Positions 50,709 through 64,000 of a DNA stretch of 64,000 nt are shown here, one piece after another (position 1 is the stretch's first letter; each line of letters starts with the position of its first letter). Made by a program: the position numbers and the translations under genes. This DNA is from Cenococcum geophilum. Taxonomy: Eukaryota. Location of the stretch: assembly GCA_050273025.1 (NCBI GenBank), contig CP158635.1, positions 28,210,001 through 28,274,000 of the forward strand, written 5' to 3'. A model generated the notes under the pieces. The model ran no database searches, was not told where the DNA came from, and saw only the letters and a list, made by a program, of their open reading frames with translations.

Positions 50709-53700
50709 CTTGCTTCAAGGTAAGGTTGTCGATTTCCGTGAAAAAGAAGGGACGTCAATTCTCCGGGATAGACTGCTACGAATTTTTATTGTGGACGAAG
50801 CTGAAAGCCAAGTCAAAAGTGAGTGAAAGGTTCAGCGGGTAAACAGTATTAGAGAGTGGAAGCCTTTGGTATGGCAAAAAGCAAAAAATTGTAATTAGTT
50901 GAAGTCAAATGACGGTCCCTGAATTCGGTTTCCTGCTTTTCTCGAGAGGTAGGAAAACAGTTGTAGCAGAGCCTGGAACGGAAAATAATTAGTTATTGTT
51001 CCCGCCTCTAGAATCGGCACGATTGGTCACCTAAAGCTTTAGTAAATTGCTCATACCTGAAGAATTAGAAAATTATGTTAAAGGAGTGAACTGTAGGTAC
51101 GAGGGAAACCAAAAAGAAGACGTCTGAAGGACCCGAAAAGGCTGAGCCCCTTGCTAGTCGCATCCAGAGGCACTTGGAAGGAATGGGTTGCGACTGAGAA
51201 TTTTCTTTGAATGAGCACGGCACAGGGAGTACTGCTCAGGGGGCAGAGCACGAATTAACGAGTCCGCCGTTCGTCGCTGGGGCAAGTGGGTCGGCAAGGA
51301 GGGCACGGGAATGTGAAAATTTCCCGGTCAGGCAAAGCACAAGTCTGAAGCAAGGTCTAGAATCAGTACTAGCTACTGAAGGGACTGCTTCTTCCTGACC
51401 TCGAATTCGAAGTCTTCTCAAGGCTTTTGGAGTCTTGAGGATGAAGAGCTCAAGATTGTCAGATATCGGCTCCTTAGTGTGAAAAAGCAGTGAAGTACTA
51501 GAAAGGAGTGAAGAGGTTAGTATGTGCAAGACTAGACTTGGTTAAAGAAAAGAAATAAAAAAATAAAAGAGAGCAGTTTGTTCTGCTCGGTTGAAAAGTG
51601 GAACAGCCAGAGCGCGTTCTGGTATTGTCCAATCTCAGAGCGGAATGAGCGAAACCTAACGACCATTTCTAAATTTGACTGGCCGTGAAAATATGTGAAT
51701 CTTAATTCCCAGTGTTCCAACCGAGCTGAGGCATGAAGTGCTGGATAAAGCCGTGATGAAGAGTAACACGTAGTGTGAGGCCGCCAAAGTTGCTGTCTCT
51801 TGAAAGCCATGTGAGAATAATAGTTCAAGTAATGTGGTGGAAGGTGGTTAATTCCCGTCGAGTGACAAATAGCCTTGATGGCTGTACGAGAGATCTGCTG
51901 ATGAAATCGACTGCAGTTATGCATCCACAAGGAGTGGCCAGAGTAGCTTCTCCTGTAGGGAATGTGATGTAGGCCCCGTATCTCGGTCCATCATCCCACA
52001 ACCGTTCACCATTACACTCAAACCATCTGTTTGCCCGAGCACCAATTGCAACCTACCCTTCTCCAAGCTGATGTCCAATGAAGATATTCCCCAGTTCTCA
52101 CAGGTAATAGCTCCCATGGCAAAAGGTCAAATCGAATAGTGGCGGGTGTAATTCGATTTTTAGTTAAGTCGGGCCTGATGTATTGTTGAGAGACCGGTGA
52201 CAACCAGGAATGGATCCGAACGATACCCATAGCGTCCAGGATAGGTTCTCAAAATAATTGAACTGAGATCAAAGAGGTTTTTAACTTACCAAAGGCACAG
52301 ACAAGAAATTTCCCCGTCGGAAACACAAGCTGAGAAACACAAGGCAGGCCGGCGTACAACGATTGCGGATGGAGTGGCTCTGCGTTCAACGAAGAGATTA
52401 GGGATCGACGACGAGCACGAGAGACTCTAAAGATCACTTCGTCGAGTTCACGAGAGGTGGAGGAGAGGAGGTAGAGGTATATGAAGGTACTGAAGGTACA
52501 GAGCACGCTTCGAGGAGTCGTTTCGGGGGAGACGGCCGGCTTTGGGGAGACCGAGGAGCAAGAGGTGCCTTCTGGATAGTAACGTGCTGAAACGAGAGTC
52601 AACACGCCATCAGATCCGATACTCAATGCTCCGACCGTTGAGAAGAATGGCGGGCGAGGAAGAGAGAAGAGAGGGTGAAGGAGGAGAGAGAAAGTTGAGG
52701 TCAAGGCTGCGTTAGAGAAAGCGACAGGGCCACCATCGGCGCTGGAGGACGGGCAATGGAGCGGCCACACTAAACCACTTTCACAAAGCTATGCCATTTC
52801 CTTGCTCTTAGTAGAAGCCAGCGCGGACAGCCAATCCCCAGCAGCTATGCAGCGGTCGCCCAGCACGGTGGATCGCTGGCTTTTTTGCTTTTGACCCATC
52901 TGGCATTGCAGCGCCGCGCCGCCAGGAACACGCTATCCAGCTATCACCATCGCCTTCACCGCGTCCAAATCGAAGCTATCAGGACGGTCGCCGTCCAGTT
53001 TCGGCGGTGATGCCTCTCTCCACAACCGCAGCGCCCGAAATTGGACGGCGGGGCGCTGGCCTTACCGTTGCTGCGGTCGCTGCAATCTCTGCGGTCTCTG
53101 CTGTCTCTGACCCGGCAACACCGCAACCCAGCTGCTATCACACAGATACATCCACAACGCGCTGCTGAAGCGACGCATCCATGCTCGACACGGCGAGCGA
53201 TGGCTGAATGCCAGCTTCTCTTCGTCCGAGGCGCGACTGGCCAAGGCAGCTCGCCAACACTCGCTCGAATCAGACGCAGCCCCAGGCTCCGGTCAGCCTG
53301 AAGCCAACGCATGCAGCTACACAAGGTTGCATGTATGAACCCAAGATCTCTATCCAATCTTGTCGCTTTTACATCTTCGAAACATCTTGATTGATTCCCT
53401 GCCCGCTGCATGCATTGGTTGCCTTTTCAGGCATTCTTGCCGCTTCAGCCCCCAAATGCCGGGACACAGGCCATTCTTCCTGGAATCCCCTTGAAAGGGC
53501 TGCAGAACTCGCTGCTGGGATATAGCTCGCGAAACTCCCCGCCGCTCTCTACCCGTAGTGCCGTCGCCCAGTGACATGCTCTCCTGAATATCGTCATATT
53601 GATGGCTGACAGGCGCTCCTGAAGCGCCTTACCTCTTATTAGTGGAGCGGGTTATGACATTGGAAGGGAACACAGCTGCAACCCCCTCAGACAACCGATC

Positions 53701-56368
53701 AAATTGCCGCCTCCACGCTTCCTAATTTGAATAATTTGTTTGCCCATCTGCGCGCTCGATGCCCCGTATTTCCCACCTTGTGTCATGGCAGCGCCCTAAT
53801 GAAGTATTTGAGTTTCATGAAGCCTCAGCACCAATACGGGTGCGCGACCTTCGCGACCATTATGGTACATGTGGATTACTCTAGAAGAAATTGTGACCGT
53901 CGTGCTACATCGCTACCAAAGTTCAAGTCAGAGTATTACATATGGAGCTCATCCCTTGCAGCAGAATCCCCAGAGCATGGGCCAGATCACATCTGAGCCG
54001 TTGAGCCTTCATGCCGTGTCTTGCACAACGCAGCTGCCTCCTAAAACACGACAGAATGAAAATGGCGGCATTAATTTTGCACGTCGACTCTCTGGACGCG
54101 TTTGTTTTCGGTTTTTGCAACTGACATGTGTAGTGTGGCGAACTTCCAGGGGCTACCGTGTCTATTTCGCTCCACCACACCGTATTCATATTCTGTGGCG
54201 CCACTCAGAATCTTCACCGTTTTACTTTCCTGGCTGCAGCTCTTCAATTGCGGGGTTAGTATCGACCAGGCGCGATGATAATTATTATCGGACTCGCACC
54301 CGAAGACGGGGTCGTGATCGGAGTCCTTGTCTGCGTAAGACTTCCAAGAACTTGATACAGACCGAAAACATCGCATGCTTTTCTGACATCGGCCCTGGCT
54401 GTAAGTCGGCAGTTTTTTCCCAATTGCCATTTCCTGTGTGGGAATTTTCAGCTCAGCTGCCTTTCCGCAGTCATGTCAGGATCATGCATTTCTTGAAATC
54501 ATCGATCAGCGTCTTAGGGATAACGTCAAATGGCGTATGATTCGTTCCGGAAGCATCCTCCAATTCTGTAATACTGGCACCCTAAAAGACCCCGGCCGGC
54601 TGGTCCACCCAAAACGCGTCGGCTCCCTTAGCGCGATCTTCTGATACCCTCGGCGCCAACTCCTAACCTGCGAACCGTGAAACGCTATCAGAGAGGTGCA
54701 TGCCATTTCCCTGATTCTTTTGGCGATGCTACTGCAGCTAAAAGCCGAACCTGGCTGGATGGAAAGATCTGGTTTCCACGCTCACTTTGACCAACGGGAT
54801 TGATTCATTAGTAGGTCATTGCTATTCACGAACATGGATGGCGCGTCATCTCGAAAGTTCAGCCTCATGCAACGCGAGGACGCGGCGACTGAGTGATTTT
54901 CTTTAATTATAGACACGAGTGTCGAAGACAGCTGATGAGGTAAGTTCTAGAAGAGTTCTACGCCAGCATCTCACCGCTGCTGACCCTCAATACTTCCACT
55001 GGCATGCTTCGAGTGCTCGGAAGGATGACTACAAAATTCTGTCAAGTAAAACCTAAAAAAAGTCTCTCAACGTCCTAAATCCTTGTACAACTGCTGAAAA
55101 TGTGAACCACCCCCGCACCAAAGGCAGCTACAGCACCGGGACCTAATCCCACTTTCGGAATCCTGCGAGTAACTTGTGGAGCTACCTGCCACATCAGCTA
55201 CAATATCTGTGCTCTACTGAGCAGAGCGTTGCCACCACAACAAGGCCGTTGACGCCGCCGTGTCCGAGATGAACGGCTTTGTCCAAATCAAATTACCGGT
55301 GAAGACACTTGTGGGTGGTCAGAGCTCAGATCTCCCAAGAAACCAACGACTTTGAGTAATAGGATCTCCAAGACCTATTAGTCTGGTCCTTTCTTTTCTA
55401 AAATGTATCTTCAATGAACATTTAGAGACCTTTTAGAATGGGATATGGGGACTGGTGTTCTGCTGAACTATTCCTTGGGACTTGACGGCGATCCGTTAAG
55501 CCATGGGGAAATGTCTGGAAGCAGATTTCCATTGAGTGTATAAGTTGGCAGTGACGGAAGTTTCATGTCTCGCTGATCTAGTTGATGCTGGATTGAAAGG
55601 GGCGAGGCGATTCTTGATTGCGCAATGGACATAATTGAAGCAGCAATTCTGAGAGAGGAATAGTGCTCCATAAAAATGAGGGAGCTGGTTACATTATTCC
55701 ATAGAGGAGTGAGCAAGATGGCATTGATTGGCCTCTGTTGAAGACTTTCAAGCAATCCTTAGCACACCAGAATCCAGAGCGACTTTCTGCCATTCAATTT
55801 TATGGATGTTTCCTACCCTTTCAATCATTCCGCAGTGCCTCCACAGCAATATAAGCGAAGGCGTGCATAAGCTAACGAAGATGCGGGACAGTGGTGTTTC
55901 AAGCTCTGAGCAGGATTGTGAAATGTATCGCGTGTTCTCTTCGACTTTGTTCCACGCGACTGGTAGGGATTCTCTTCAGGCTAAGGAGGTATTAACTTGT
56001 GTAATGTCTAGAAATGCACTCTCTACTAACGAGTCAAAGCCATTGTTCATGGAAGATGGTATGACATTAGTCGAAACAATAGAATACGCGCAAGAGGTTG
56101 GTAAGGGCCCAATATGAAACGTAAAGATGACTGTTCTGAAGTTAAAGGTTCGGAAGCTGGCCCAAGCGATCTAAACCCTTTACATAACCGCCGGCAAAAC
56201 GAAAATCCGCAGCGCCAAGAAACCCGAAAAATGTTTCAAGAGTTCAAAATCGACCACCCTTTCAATGATAGATCCACTGGTCTAGCGGTCGGCATGGAAT
56301 GCCGGTTCGCTTTTCAAATTAATATTTAGAACCCATACACTCACTCCATCGGCACACCCTACGAAGCC

Positions 56369-59292
56369 ATGGACATCCACAGATCTAGATTTGTTCCTTA
56401 TCCGCCATCCGCTATTAATGCGCTCGCATTTTCACACAACACAAACGATCCCTCCACTGGAGATGACCCTTCATGCCTAAGGCTTGCGATTGGGCGCGCA
56501 AATGGAAACATCGAAATCTGGAATCCCTCAAAGGGCCTTTGGATACAAGAACGAACTTTTAGTGGAGGAAAGGACAGGAGCGTGGAAGGATTGGCATGGA
56601 TACAAGAGCCAGGGGAAGAGTCTGAACAAGCTCGTTCCACGGCTGGACAGCTACGACTTTTCAGCATTGGGTACTCTAGCAGTGTCGCGGAATGGGATCT
56701 GGTTACAGGATTACCATTGCGTTATTCCAGCGGTAACCATAGTGAAGTATGGTGCTTAGCTGCTCAACCGGCGTGGCAGCCTTTGTCAAAAAGAAAGAAA
56801 GCTAAGCGTGCGCTTGTCTCAAGAGAAGGCGAGTTCCGCGGCCAGAACCTGGTGGCAGGTTGTGCTGACGGCACTCTGGCTATCCTTTCGACTTCAGATG
56901 GCGGTCTCAGGTTCCAGAATTACCTCTCTAGATCAACCACGAAGAAGGCGCGCGTTCTCAGTGTCACCTACCAGGATCGGGATATTGTTGTGGCTGGCTT
57001 TGCGGATAGCACGATAAGAGTTTTCGACTCAAGAACAGGAGAAGTCCTTCGAAACATATCTCTAGGTGCTGGACCTATCGGAGCTCCAAAGGAAATTCTC
57101 GTTTGGAAGGTTAAATGTCTACCGAACGGTAACATTGTCTCAGGTGACTCGACTGGGGAAGTCCGATTCTATGATGGAAGGAATTATTCCCAACTTCAGC
57201 GTATCTCAGGACATGAGGCCGATATCCTAGATCTGGTTACCACCAAGGATGGAAAATATGTCTACAGCGGAGGAATGGATCAACGGACTACATTATATAA
57301 GCTCATGGACATATCCGGTGGGAAGCGGAAATGGGGCAAAGTTATGCATAAAAGATATCATGACCACGACGTTAAGGCTATGGCCACTTATGAAGGCCGA
57401 GCAATGAGTATTGTAGTCTCAGGAGGTAGTTTTTCTCTCATTTCCTGACTGATCACTCTAACATTACCTTAGGTATTGATACACATCCGATTGTCGTACC
57501 TATCCGAGAATTTGGAAAACAACTAAACCGCACGCTTTCAGCACTGCCTCAAACTCCGCCACTGACCAGCGCTCCTACTCCACGCCTCTTGGTTAGCTGG
57601 TGGGGCAATGAAGTCCGCATATGGCGCGTTCAACGCCAGAGCGCGGCAGAAAAGCCAAAGATAGTGGCAAGATTAGCACTTCGGGGCGAAGAAAACATTA
57701 CTTCAGTATCAATATCAGAGGATGGGGCTATCCTTGCGGTTTCAACGGCGGCTGGTATAAAGCTGTTCCACTTAACAAAACCTAGGTCTAAAGCCGAGAA
57801 TGGGTTGCGCGTTCGCAAATTAGAGTGCCCTCAAATTCCTGGTGCCAGGCTTGTACAGCTATCAGCTAATGGGAAGTGGCTAGCGGTCATAACTCACACA
57901 GACAAAGTTATTCTTGCTCGTCTCAACCGTGCGGAAAATGACACAAAGAGCTTGGAAGTCATTCCTGAGCTTATTACGCTTCGACGTTTTTCGAGAAAGC
58001 TAGGACAACAAGACCCCCTCAGCGGATCATCGGGAAATTATTATCAGACAATCACCAACGCTCAGTTTTCCGATGATAGTTGTGTGCTTGCTGTTAGCGA
58101 TCTGGCTGGCCACCTTGATACATGGGTTCTGGAAGGACACGAAGATTCTACTGCACCTACAGCAGATATCGGCGATGCCACGTCATTGTCATCGCCATCA
58201 GAGAGCGAAGACTCTGATGCTGAAGAGAGAGCAGCGAGACGACCAATAACGACCATGGGCCAACATTGGGTACGCAATCCATCAGGTCATCTTCTCCCTA
58301 AGCTCGACTCCATGCCCCTCATTCTATCCTTCCGGCCCCCACCGCTGGCCAAATCTCGACCTCAGCCTAATGGAAATCCAGCTGTCCACTCGACCAGGCA
58401 AAACCCGCATGCTCGTTCGCATGATTTGCCAAAAGGGGAATACCGCCTCTTGGTTGTGTCTGCACAACACCAGATTTACGAATTCGATGTCCTGCAAGGC
58501 CGTCTTTCAGAATGGTCCAGAAAAAATCCAACTGCCAATTTCCCTTCACGTTTTCAATTGGTCAAAGATCGAGTGATGGGATGCATATGGGACACCCACC
58601 AAGAACGTCAACGGTTTTGGCTTTATGGTAGCACCTGGCTATTTATGTTCGATGTTTCTCACGACTTTCCTCTTCCTAGGGCCATAAGCGGAGAGAGTGT
58701 TGCAGGTGGAAAATGGGCTAACGGGCAGAATCCGTCAAAGAAACGTAAGCGACAGCTTGATGATGATAATCCAAGAAAAAAGAATAGCGGTGCCGGTGAC
58801 ACGATACCCCAGATGCAGCTTCTTGGCCCAGGCCGAAGGATGCGCAAGTTTACTAGTGGTAAATCTGATGAATCCACTTGGATTCATTTGGGTGCAAGGT
58901 TGGCGCCAGAGTCCGATGAAGAGCCAGAGGATGCAGACCTTGCATTGTCTGGTCTACGCCGTGGGCTTCAGCAAGATAACGGTAGTGATTCGGATAATGA
59001 CGAAGAAAAGCCTTTCAAGTCGGCTTCTGGTACTCTTAATGATCAAGCGGATAAAACGGGCCCCCCAAAAAAGGACTGGCAGCTAAAGCGCAAGTCGGAG
59101 CAAGATGTTGCGGTGAAAAAGCATGGACATAGCGAGACTTGGTGGCATACTTTCAAGTATCGACCCATTTTGGGTATAGTACCGATTGGAGACTGGAGTA
59201 CTCCTCTTGAGGTCGTTCTTGTGGAGAGGCCGCCATGGGACCTGGACCTTCCACCAAAGTTTGTTGGGAGTCATGAGCGAGAGGAGTATTGA
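56369..59292 (+). CDS. UTP4: U3 snoRNA-associated WD40 protein Utp4 (t-UTP/SSU processome), 958 aa; exons 56369-57425 and 57473-59292
   Basis: N-terminus MDIHRSRFVPYPPSAINALAF and LAIGRANGNIEIWNP, WD repeats (SGDSTGEVRFYD, HDHDVKAM), and C-terminal YRPILG..LEVVLVERP. A 47 nt GT..CTAAC..AG intron keeps the frame. Confidence 0.93.
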
Positions 59293-60896
59293 TTCCCCTT
59301 GGGACGATGGCCGGTATTGATCACGCCAGAACTATTCTCCTTTAAGATTTCCATAAAAAAATTTTTAATCAATCAATCAATTCTTAACCGTCCGTTCAAA
59401 CTTTGCTATGTCCGTGAAGCAAACATGCTGCGATATATGTTCCGAATGTTCTCTTCCTAACGAATGAAAAGGCTTCTCAGTATCTATATCCCAGTTTATA
59501 GACGAGCCCACAGGGGCTGGCCCCATCAACAGCGGTATATTTCTTTTATATTCTAAGGTTTGTGATTTGCCTAAGTTCGCCTTGGGGGGGATTGTAATGG
59601 CCGCGTAAGCGTCCGTGGAAGATGTTCCGATGACAATTGTTGTCACGCTCGCAGAGGATTTCCGAGTGAAACACACAGCGGGCAAAGCGCAGCATAAGAT
59701 GCAACGTAGCACAAGATGATCAAGCAAGACCTACGCAGTCTAGTCCGTATGATTCTGTTGCTCGCAAAGACGGACATGCAGATTGGTATGCACGTAACTC
59801 TGGTACCAATGGAGACATTGCATACGGGAGGCGATGATAATGCCAAGATTGCGTGTACGTCGAGCACGATATGCGAGTAGAAACAGTTACGAGTACCTCA
59901 GAGTATTTCAACATTTAGGAATTTAAGTTCGATGCCGCGTCAGGATCATTTTAACAATCTTGCGGGCGCACGACAGCCACAGCAAAGTTCGATGGTGGTT
60001 GCACGGGTATTCTGCATGCTTGCGTGGCTCGGCCAAGGACCTAGGCCCTTTCTAGCAAGCGATGACCTTTGACGCGTGTTGCGTGCTCCTGCTCACCCCA
60101 GGCCTACGAATCTAGGTATTGAAAGGGTCCGCTTTGTCTGTTGCGTCGTTTCATCCCGAAGCTATCTCGTCCTCTTTTGCATCTGAATCTGAACCTCAGG
60201 CACACCGCTGCCGCTGTTCGCGATCAAGGTGGCAGACCCGGTCTCAAGAAACTTTTCATCTGTTGCAAAAGCAACCCCAGTGCCCAGACCCTAACCACTC
60301 AAAGTCCGACTGCGGCAAGCCCTTTTTGCACCAGAAGGCTAAACCTGGCATCCTCTCCCTTCAAAGGCTGAACCGCCCACTTCAACCAGAATAGCCCACC
60401 GCTGAATCCTCCTAATCCTCCTAATCGCAGCGAACAGCGCCAACGCCTTTGCACTACACACATTTCCGTGTTGCGGCAATCTTTGGCAATTTTCGCAATT
60501 GTCCGCGAGTACCCTCGTGGGTGATTGGCTGACCTAGCGAGAGCTTACGCGTTGCGTACACCCTCCTTCTGCACCCTCCTTCATCTATACTCTTCTCCAT
60601 TATTCCTACTTCTTCACCCACAACACTTCATCCAACCTCTTGCGCATTCGAAGGACTTGTGCTGTCGCTTTACGACTCATTGAAAACTCGGAGTAACCGT
60701 TATTTCGTCGACCACTGGGTGCTGCGCCGCTGCCGCTTCATCATCCGGGCTGTGCAAGACCTGCGGTCGCAGCCTGGAACAATCATAGCTCGATCCTCCT
60801 TGATTCTTTTCCAGTCCTCAAGACATCCCGGGGACACCACATCCAAGTTCTACATATTCAACGACACCATTTGCGCAAGCACCTCCAGTGTTAAGG

Positions 60897-62301
60897 ATGG
60901 CCGACGCCAACGCCACCCAGCGAGGGGTTCCGGCCTCTCACATCGACAGCGACAAACTCGCACAGGACATCACGGAACGATTCCGACAGGTCTTGAGCAC
61001 GAAGCGGATGAATGAATTAACAACCCGATCAGTAAATTCTCGATCAGCGTCGCCGGCACCTCGAGACTTCGGAACACCTCAACCGCCTTCACTACACAAC
61101 GCACCACCACCATCATACTCATCATTGCGAAACATCCCCTTGGTGCCTCAATCTCCTCAAGATCCTCGCTCGGTCCGATTCAAGAACATGCTTCTGTCGT
61201 TATCGAACATGCCAATACGATGGGAGAACCCAGGCCTGCTCGATGAAGCCCTACGAGTCGTACCACTGGAGCAGATATACAACGAAGCGGAGGAAGAGAG
61301 TCAAATACTGCAGGCCGAGGCAGAGAGTCTGGGCGACGGCAAGAAGGCAGCCTGGGGATACCAGGATTGCGTAGTTCGAGCTTTACTGCGATGGTTCAAG
61401 CGATCATTTTTCACCTGGGTGAATAATCCTCCCTGTTCAAGATGCTACTCTCCAACAATCGCTGTCGGCATGGCTGCTCCCCTACCCGACGAGCAAGCAC
61501 GTGGCGCCAATCAAGTCGAACTATACAAGTGCTCTATCGAGGGCTGCGGAGTATACGAACGATACCCAAGATATAACGATGCATTCGTTCTCCTGCAAAC
61601 AAGAAAAGGTCGTTGTGGAGAGTGGGCCAATTGTTTCAGCATGTTGTGCAGGGCGGTTGGTTCAAGGGTTCGATGGGTCTGGAACAGCGAGGATCATGTT
61701 TGGACCGAGGTTTATTCCGTTCACCGGAAGAGATGGATTCATGTTGATGCATGCGAAGAAGCATGGGATAAGCCACGGCTGTACACAGAAGGTACGTGCT
61801 ATTTGATCCGTTGATCTTCGCCTCTCTGAATTAGTGCTAACTCCGACCTATGCAGGCTGGGGTAAGAAGCTTAGCTACTGCATTGCATTCTCAGTCGACG
61901 GTGCTATGGATGTGACTCGAAGATATGTTCGCAACCCTACGAAGCATGGTCTCAAACGGGACCGGACCCCCGAAGCTGTTCTTCTATACATTATGGACGA
62001 GATCCGTGCCATGAGGCGGAGTAACTTGTCCAAGCAAGACAAATTCCGACTCGAAGGTGAAGATATGAGAGAGAACCGGGAATTACGACACTATGTCATC
62101 TCATCGATAGCTATCGAAGTTAGCAAGATCAACCCAGTAGACATTCTCAATGGACGACGAGGGCACCCTCGTCCTGACCCCGATGCCGAGAAAGTCTTGG
62201 AAGGTCGACAAAGCGGTTCTACAGAATGGAGACGCGCAAGAGGCGAAGGTGGTCGTGGCACTCCGAACCAACAGAACCCTCGCGACCAACATCCACGGTG
62301 A
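60897..62301 (+). CDS. PNG1: Peptide:N-glycanase (transglutaminase-like), 446 aa; exons 60897-61791 and 61856-62301
   Basis: [18 protein letters not shown], Zn-binding Cys pairs, RYPRYN, and catalytic motifs [19 protein letters not shown] and [21 protein letters not shown] follows a 64 nt GTACGT..GCTAAC..CAG intron. Confidence 0.95.
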
Positions 62302-64000
62302 AGCATCAACAACCCTACGGCGCTTTCACCCTCTCTCATTAATTCGACACAGTCGACTTCAAAGCACTCTATCAATACGCCTCAATTGGCGGCCGCATCT
62401 GGCCATCAATCCTTAGTGCTTGATTCCGGCGGCTACATCCAGTCCGCTCACTTTGGACAAGGACTGATCCTTCATATATACCAACACCATCCAGATACCA
62501 CATATGTAGCCTATACGCTCTTGTACGCTAAACATATTGATATCAGCATACTATCGGTCCACGGCGCAAAGGAGTTACACGGCGCATCTGCAGGGATTTC
62601 GTATTTTTGGTATCTACATGATCTCTGTTTCTACTTTTGAGGTTTGTTGAAACTGTTTTACCATGCGGTCTACTCGCCTGGCAGGCGTTTTCATTTACTA
62701 TTATCTTGTCTTCAGCATTTGTTGCGGGGCGCGAAGAGCTCAGTTTTTTTCGAAGTGTGTTTTACGGCTATTACCCTTCTACCCGCGCATGCACGCATTG
62801 CGCTGTTTCTACCGTTGACATTTGGTTCTGGTCTGGCGACTCGCTTTCATTTTGTTATTTGAGGTACAAACAGTACAGCGAAAGGCTTAAATCTGGTCTT
62901 TTGTGCTACAACTTTTCTTTTTTGTTATGCATGGAGAGTGGGTTATCGAGGCACGACGTGATGCTCTTCACGGATCGTCAAGTTTTTTTGTCTAATGGGA
63001 TTTTGTCGCGAATGAACACGACATGAAGGCTTTTGGTCATGTCGGAGGCGATAAGGGGAAAACCGATGTGTTTGGTGGAGTGACGGCGGGGAGAGGGGGC
63101 CACGCGGCCCGTAAGCCGGGTTGTTAGAGAATCCGATAAGACTTATCTGCATTTACTCTCTTCGGCTCCAGCTCAGTTTGCAACTTCTTTTGTGATATGA
63201 GGTACTACAAGACTGCCTAATACAGGTCTATCGTGAAATTTTGCGTGGTATTGGGTGGTATTGTCAATGCTGGATGTAGTGCGACCCATTCGTGGACGGT
63301 TCGGGTTCCTCGCAAAGAGAGACGGCTTCGCCATAATCCACGTAATTGGCCACATGTGGTTGACGAGGACTCGTTCGCTTGCTGCGGAGAAGTGCGCAGT
63401 TAAGTCAGCTTTTTCCAAGGGTTTCTATTATTAGCCAAGAAGATGCTTGGCGAGGCCCGTCTCCCTCGCAAGGCAAGGTGTGGGGCTTGAGCGCGCTCTC
63501 CGACCCGTGTGTGCCGTGCTAGAGTTAAGGGAAATTTTGAGGGTATTCAAGGAATAGGGTGTCGGGCAATCATCTATTTTGAGGGGGTGCGTTGCATAAT
63601 CGCTGTCTAATTTGTTTGTTCAATGCCCCAGGGTCGCCGGGCAGGGTCCACTATTTAGGGCATTGTCGCTGGCAACACAAAGCTTGCCCCAAGAATTTGA
63701 GAGGGCGTAACAGCTCGGTAGGCATGTTGCCAAAACTTAAAGGCTTGAGGCTTGTGCAAATACCAAGAGCCGTTATGTGGATATTTTACCTAAGGGCAGC
63801 ATAATATTTCATAGTCGAAGCTTAAAATCTGCTGCTGACGACCGGGAAGCGTAGGATCTGAGGCGCACCGCCATCTGATTATCGTTTTGACCAGGTAGAG
63901 CAGTGTTCGTCGCTTTTTGAGGCTGTGGCTAGCCCAAACATCTCCCGGTTCTGCACAGACCCTACTTTCTTCAGCTGTGCCCTCCTCATCTCACTTGTGC

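Noticed and set aside
52956..56329. ORFs between the cyclin and UTP4 (e.g. 53869-54540, 55728-56117)
   Set aside because: Mostly non-ATG starts, atypical composition and no motifs. This is likely the divergent promoter/intergenic region.
59377..60880. ORFs between UTP4 and PNG1
   Set aside because: No protein-like signal; consistent with UTR and promoter sequence.
62386..64000. ORFs after PNG1
   Set aside because: No recognisable product; likely 3' UTR and intergenic sequence.

Overview
This is filamentous ascomycete (Pezizomycotina-like) genomic DNA. A spliced gene for a Cys-rich, single-pass cell-surface protein (504-1906) is followed by a ~45 kb AT-rich transposon block (~2.2-47 kb) with a strong RIP signature. 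Gene-rich DNA then resumes with a G1-type cyclin (- strand), UTP4 and PNG1. The TE block can be resolved from LTR/TIR pairs and target-site duplications (TSDs). It holds a Copia nested in a Copia, a standalone chromoviral Gypsy, and a second Gypsy carrying a third Gypsy plus a 1.66 kb non-autonomous LTR element. It also holds two solo LTRs, a Fot1/pogo element, a Tc1/mariner-type MITE and a mini piggyBac-like element. Three features stand out. (1) Two copies (2733-3857 and 42195-44111) of an unclassified DNA element have 8(-9) bp TSDs, TTATCTCA termini that each embed a self-inverted 128-187 bp module, and tandem-repeat cores. (2) A 172 bp palindrome/CCAAT cassette is shared without gaps between the 3' UTRs of a Copia and a Gypsy element, with sub-modules in two other elements. 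(3) One chromovirus has a possible extra ORF downstream of pol. All calls are by eye; no database searches were run.
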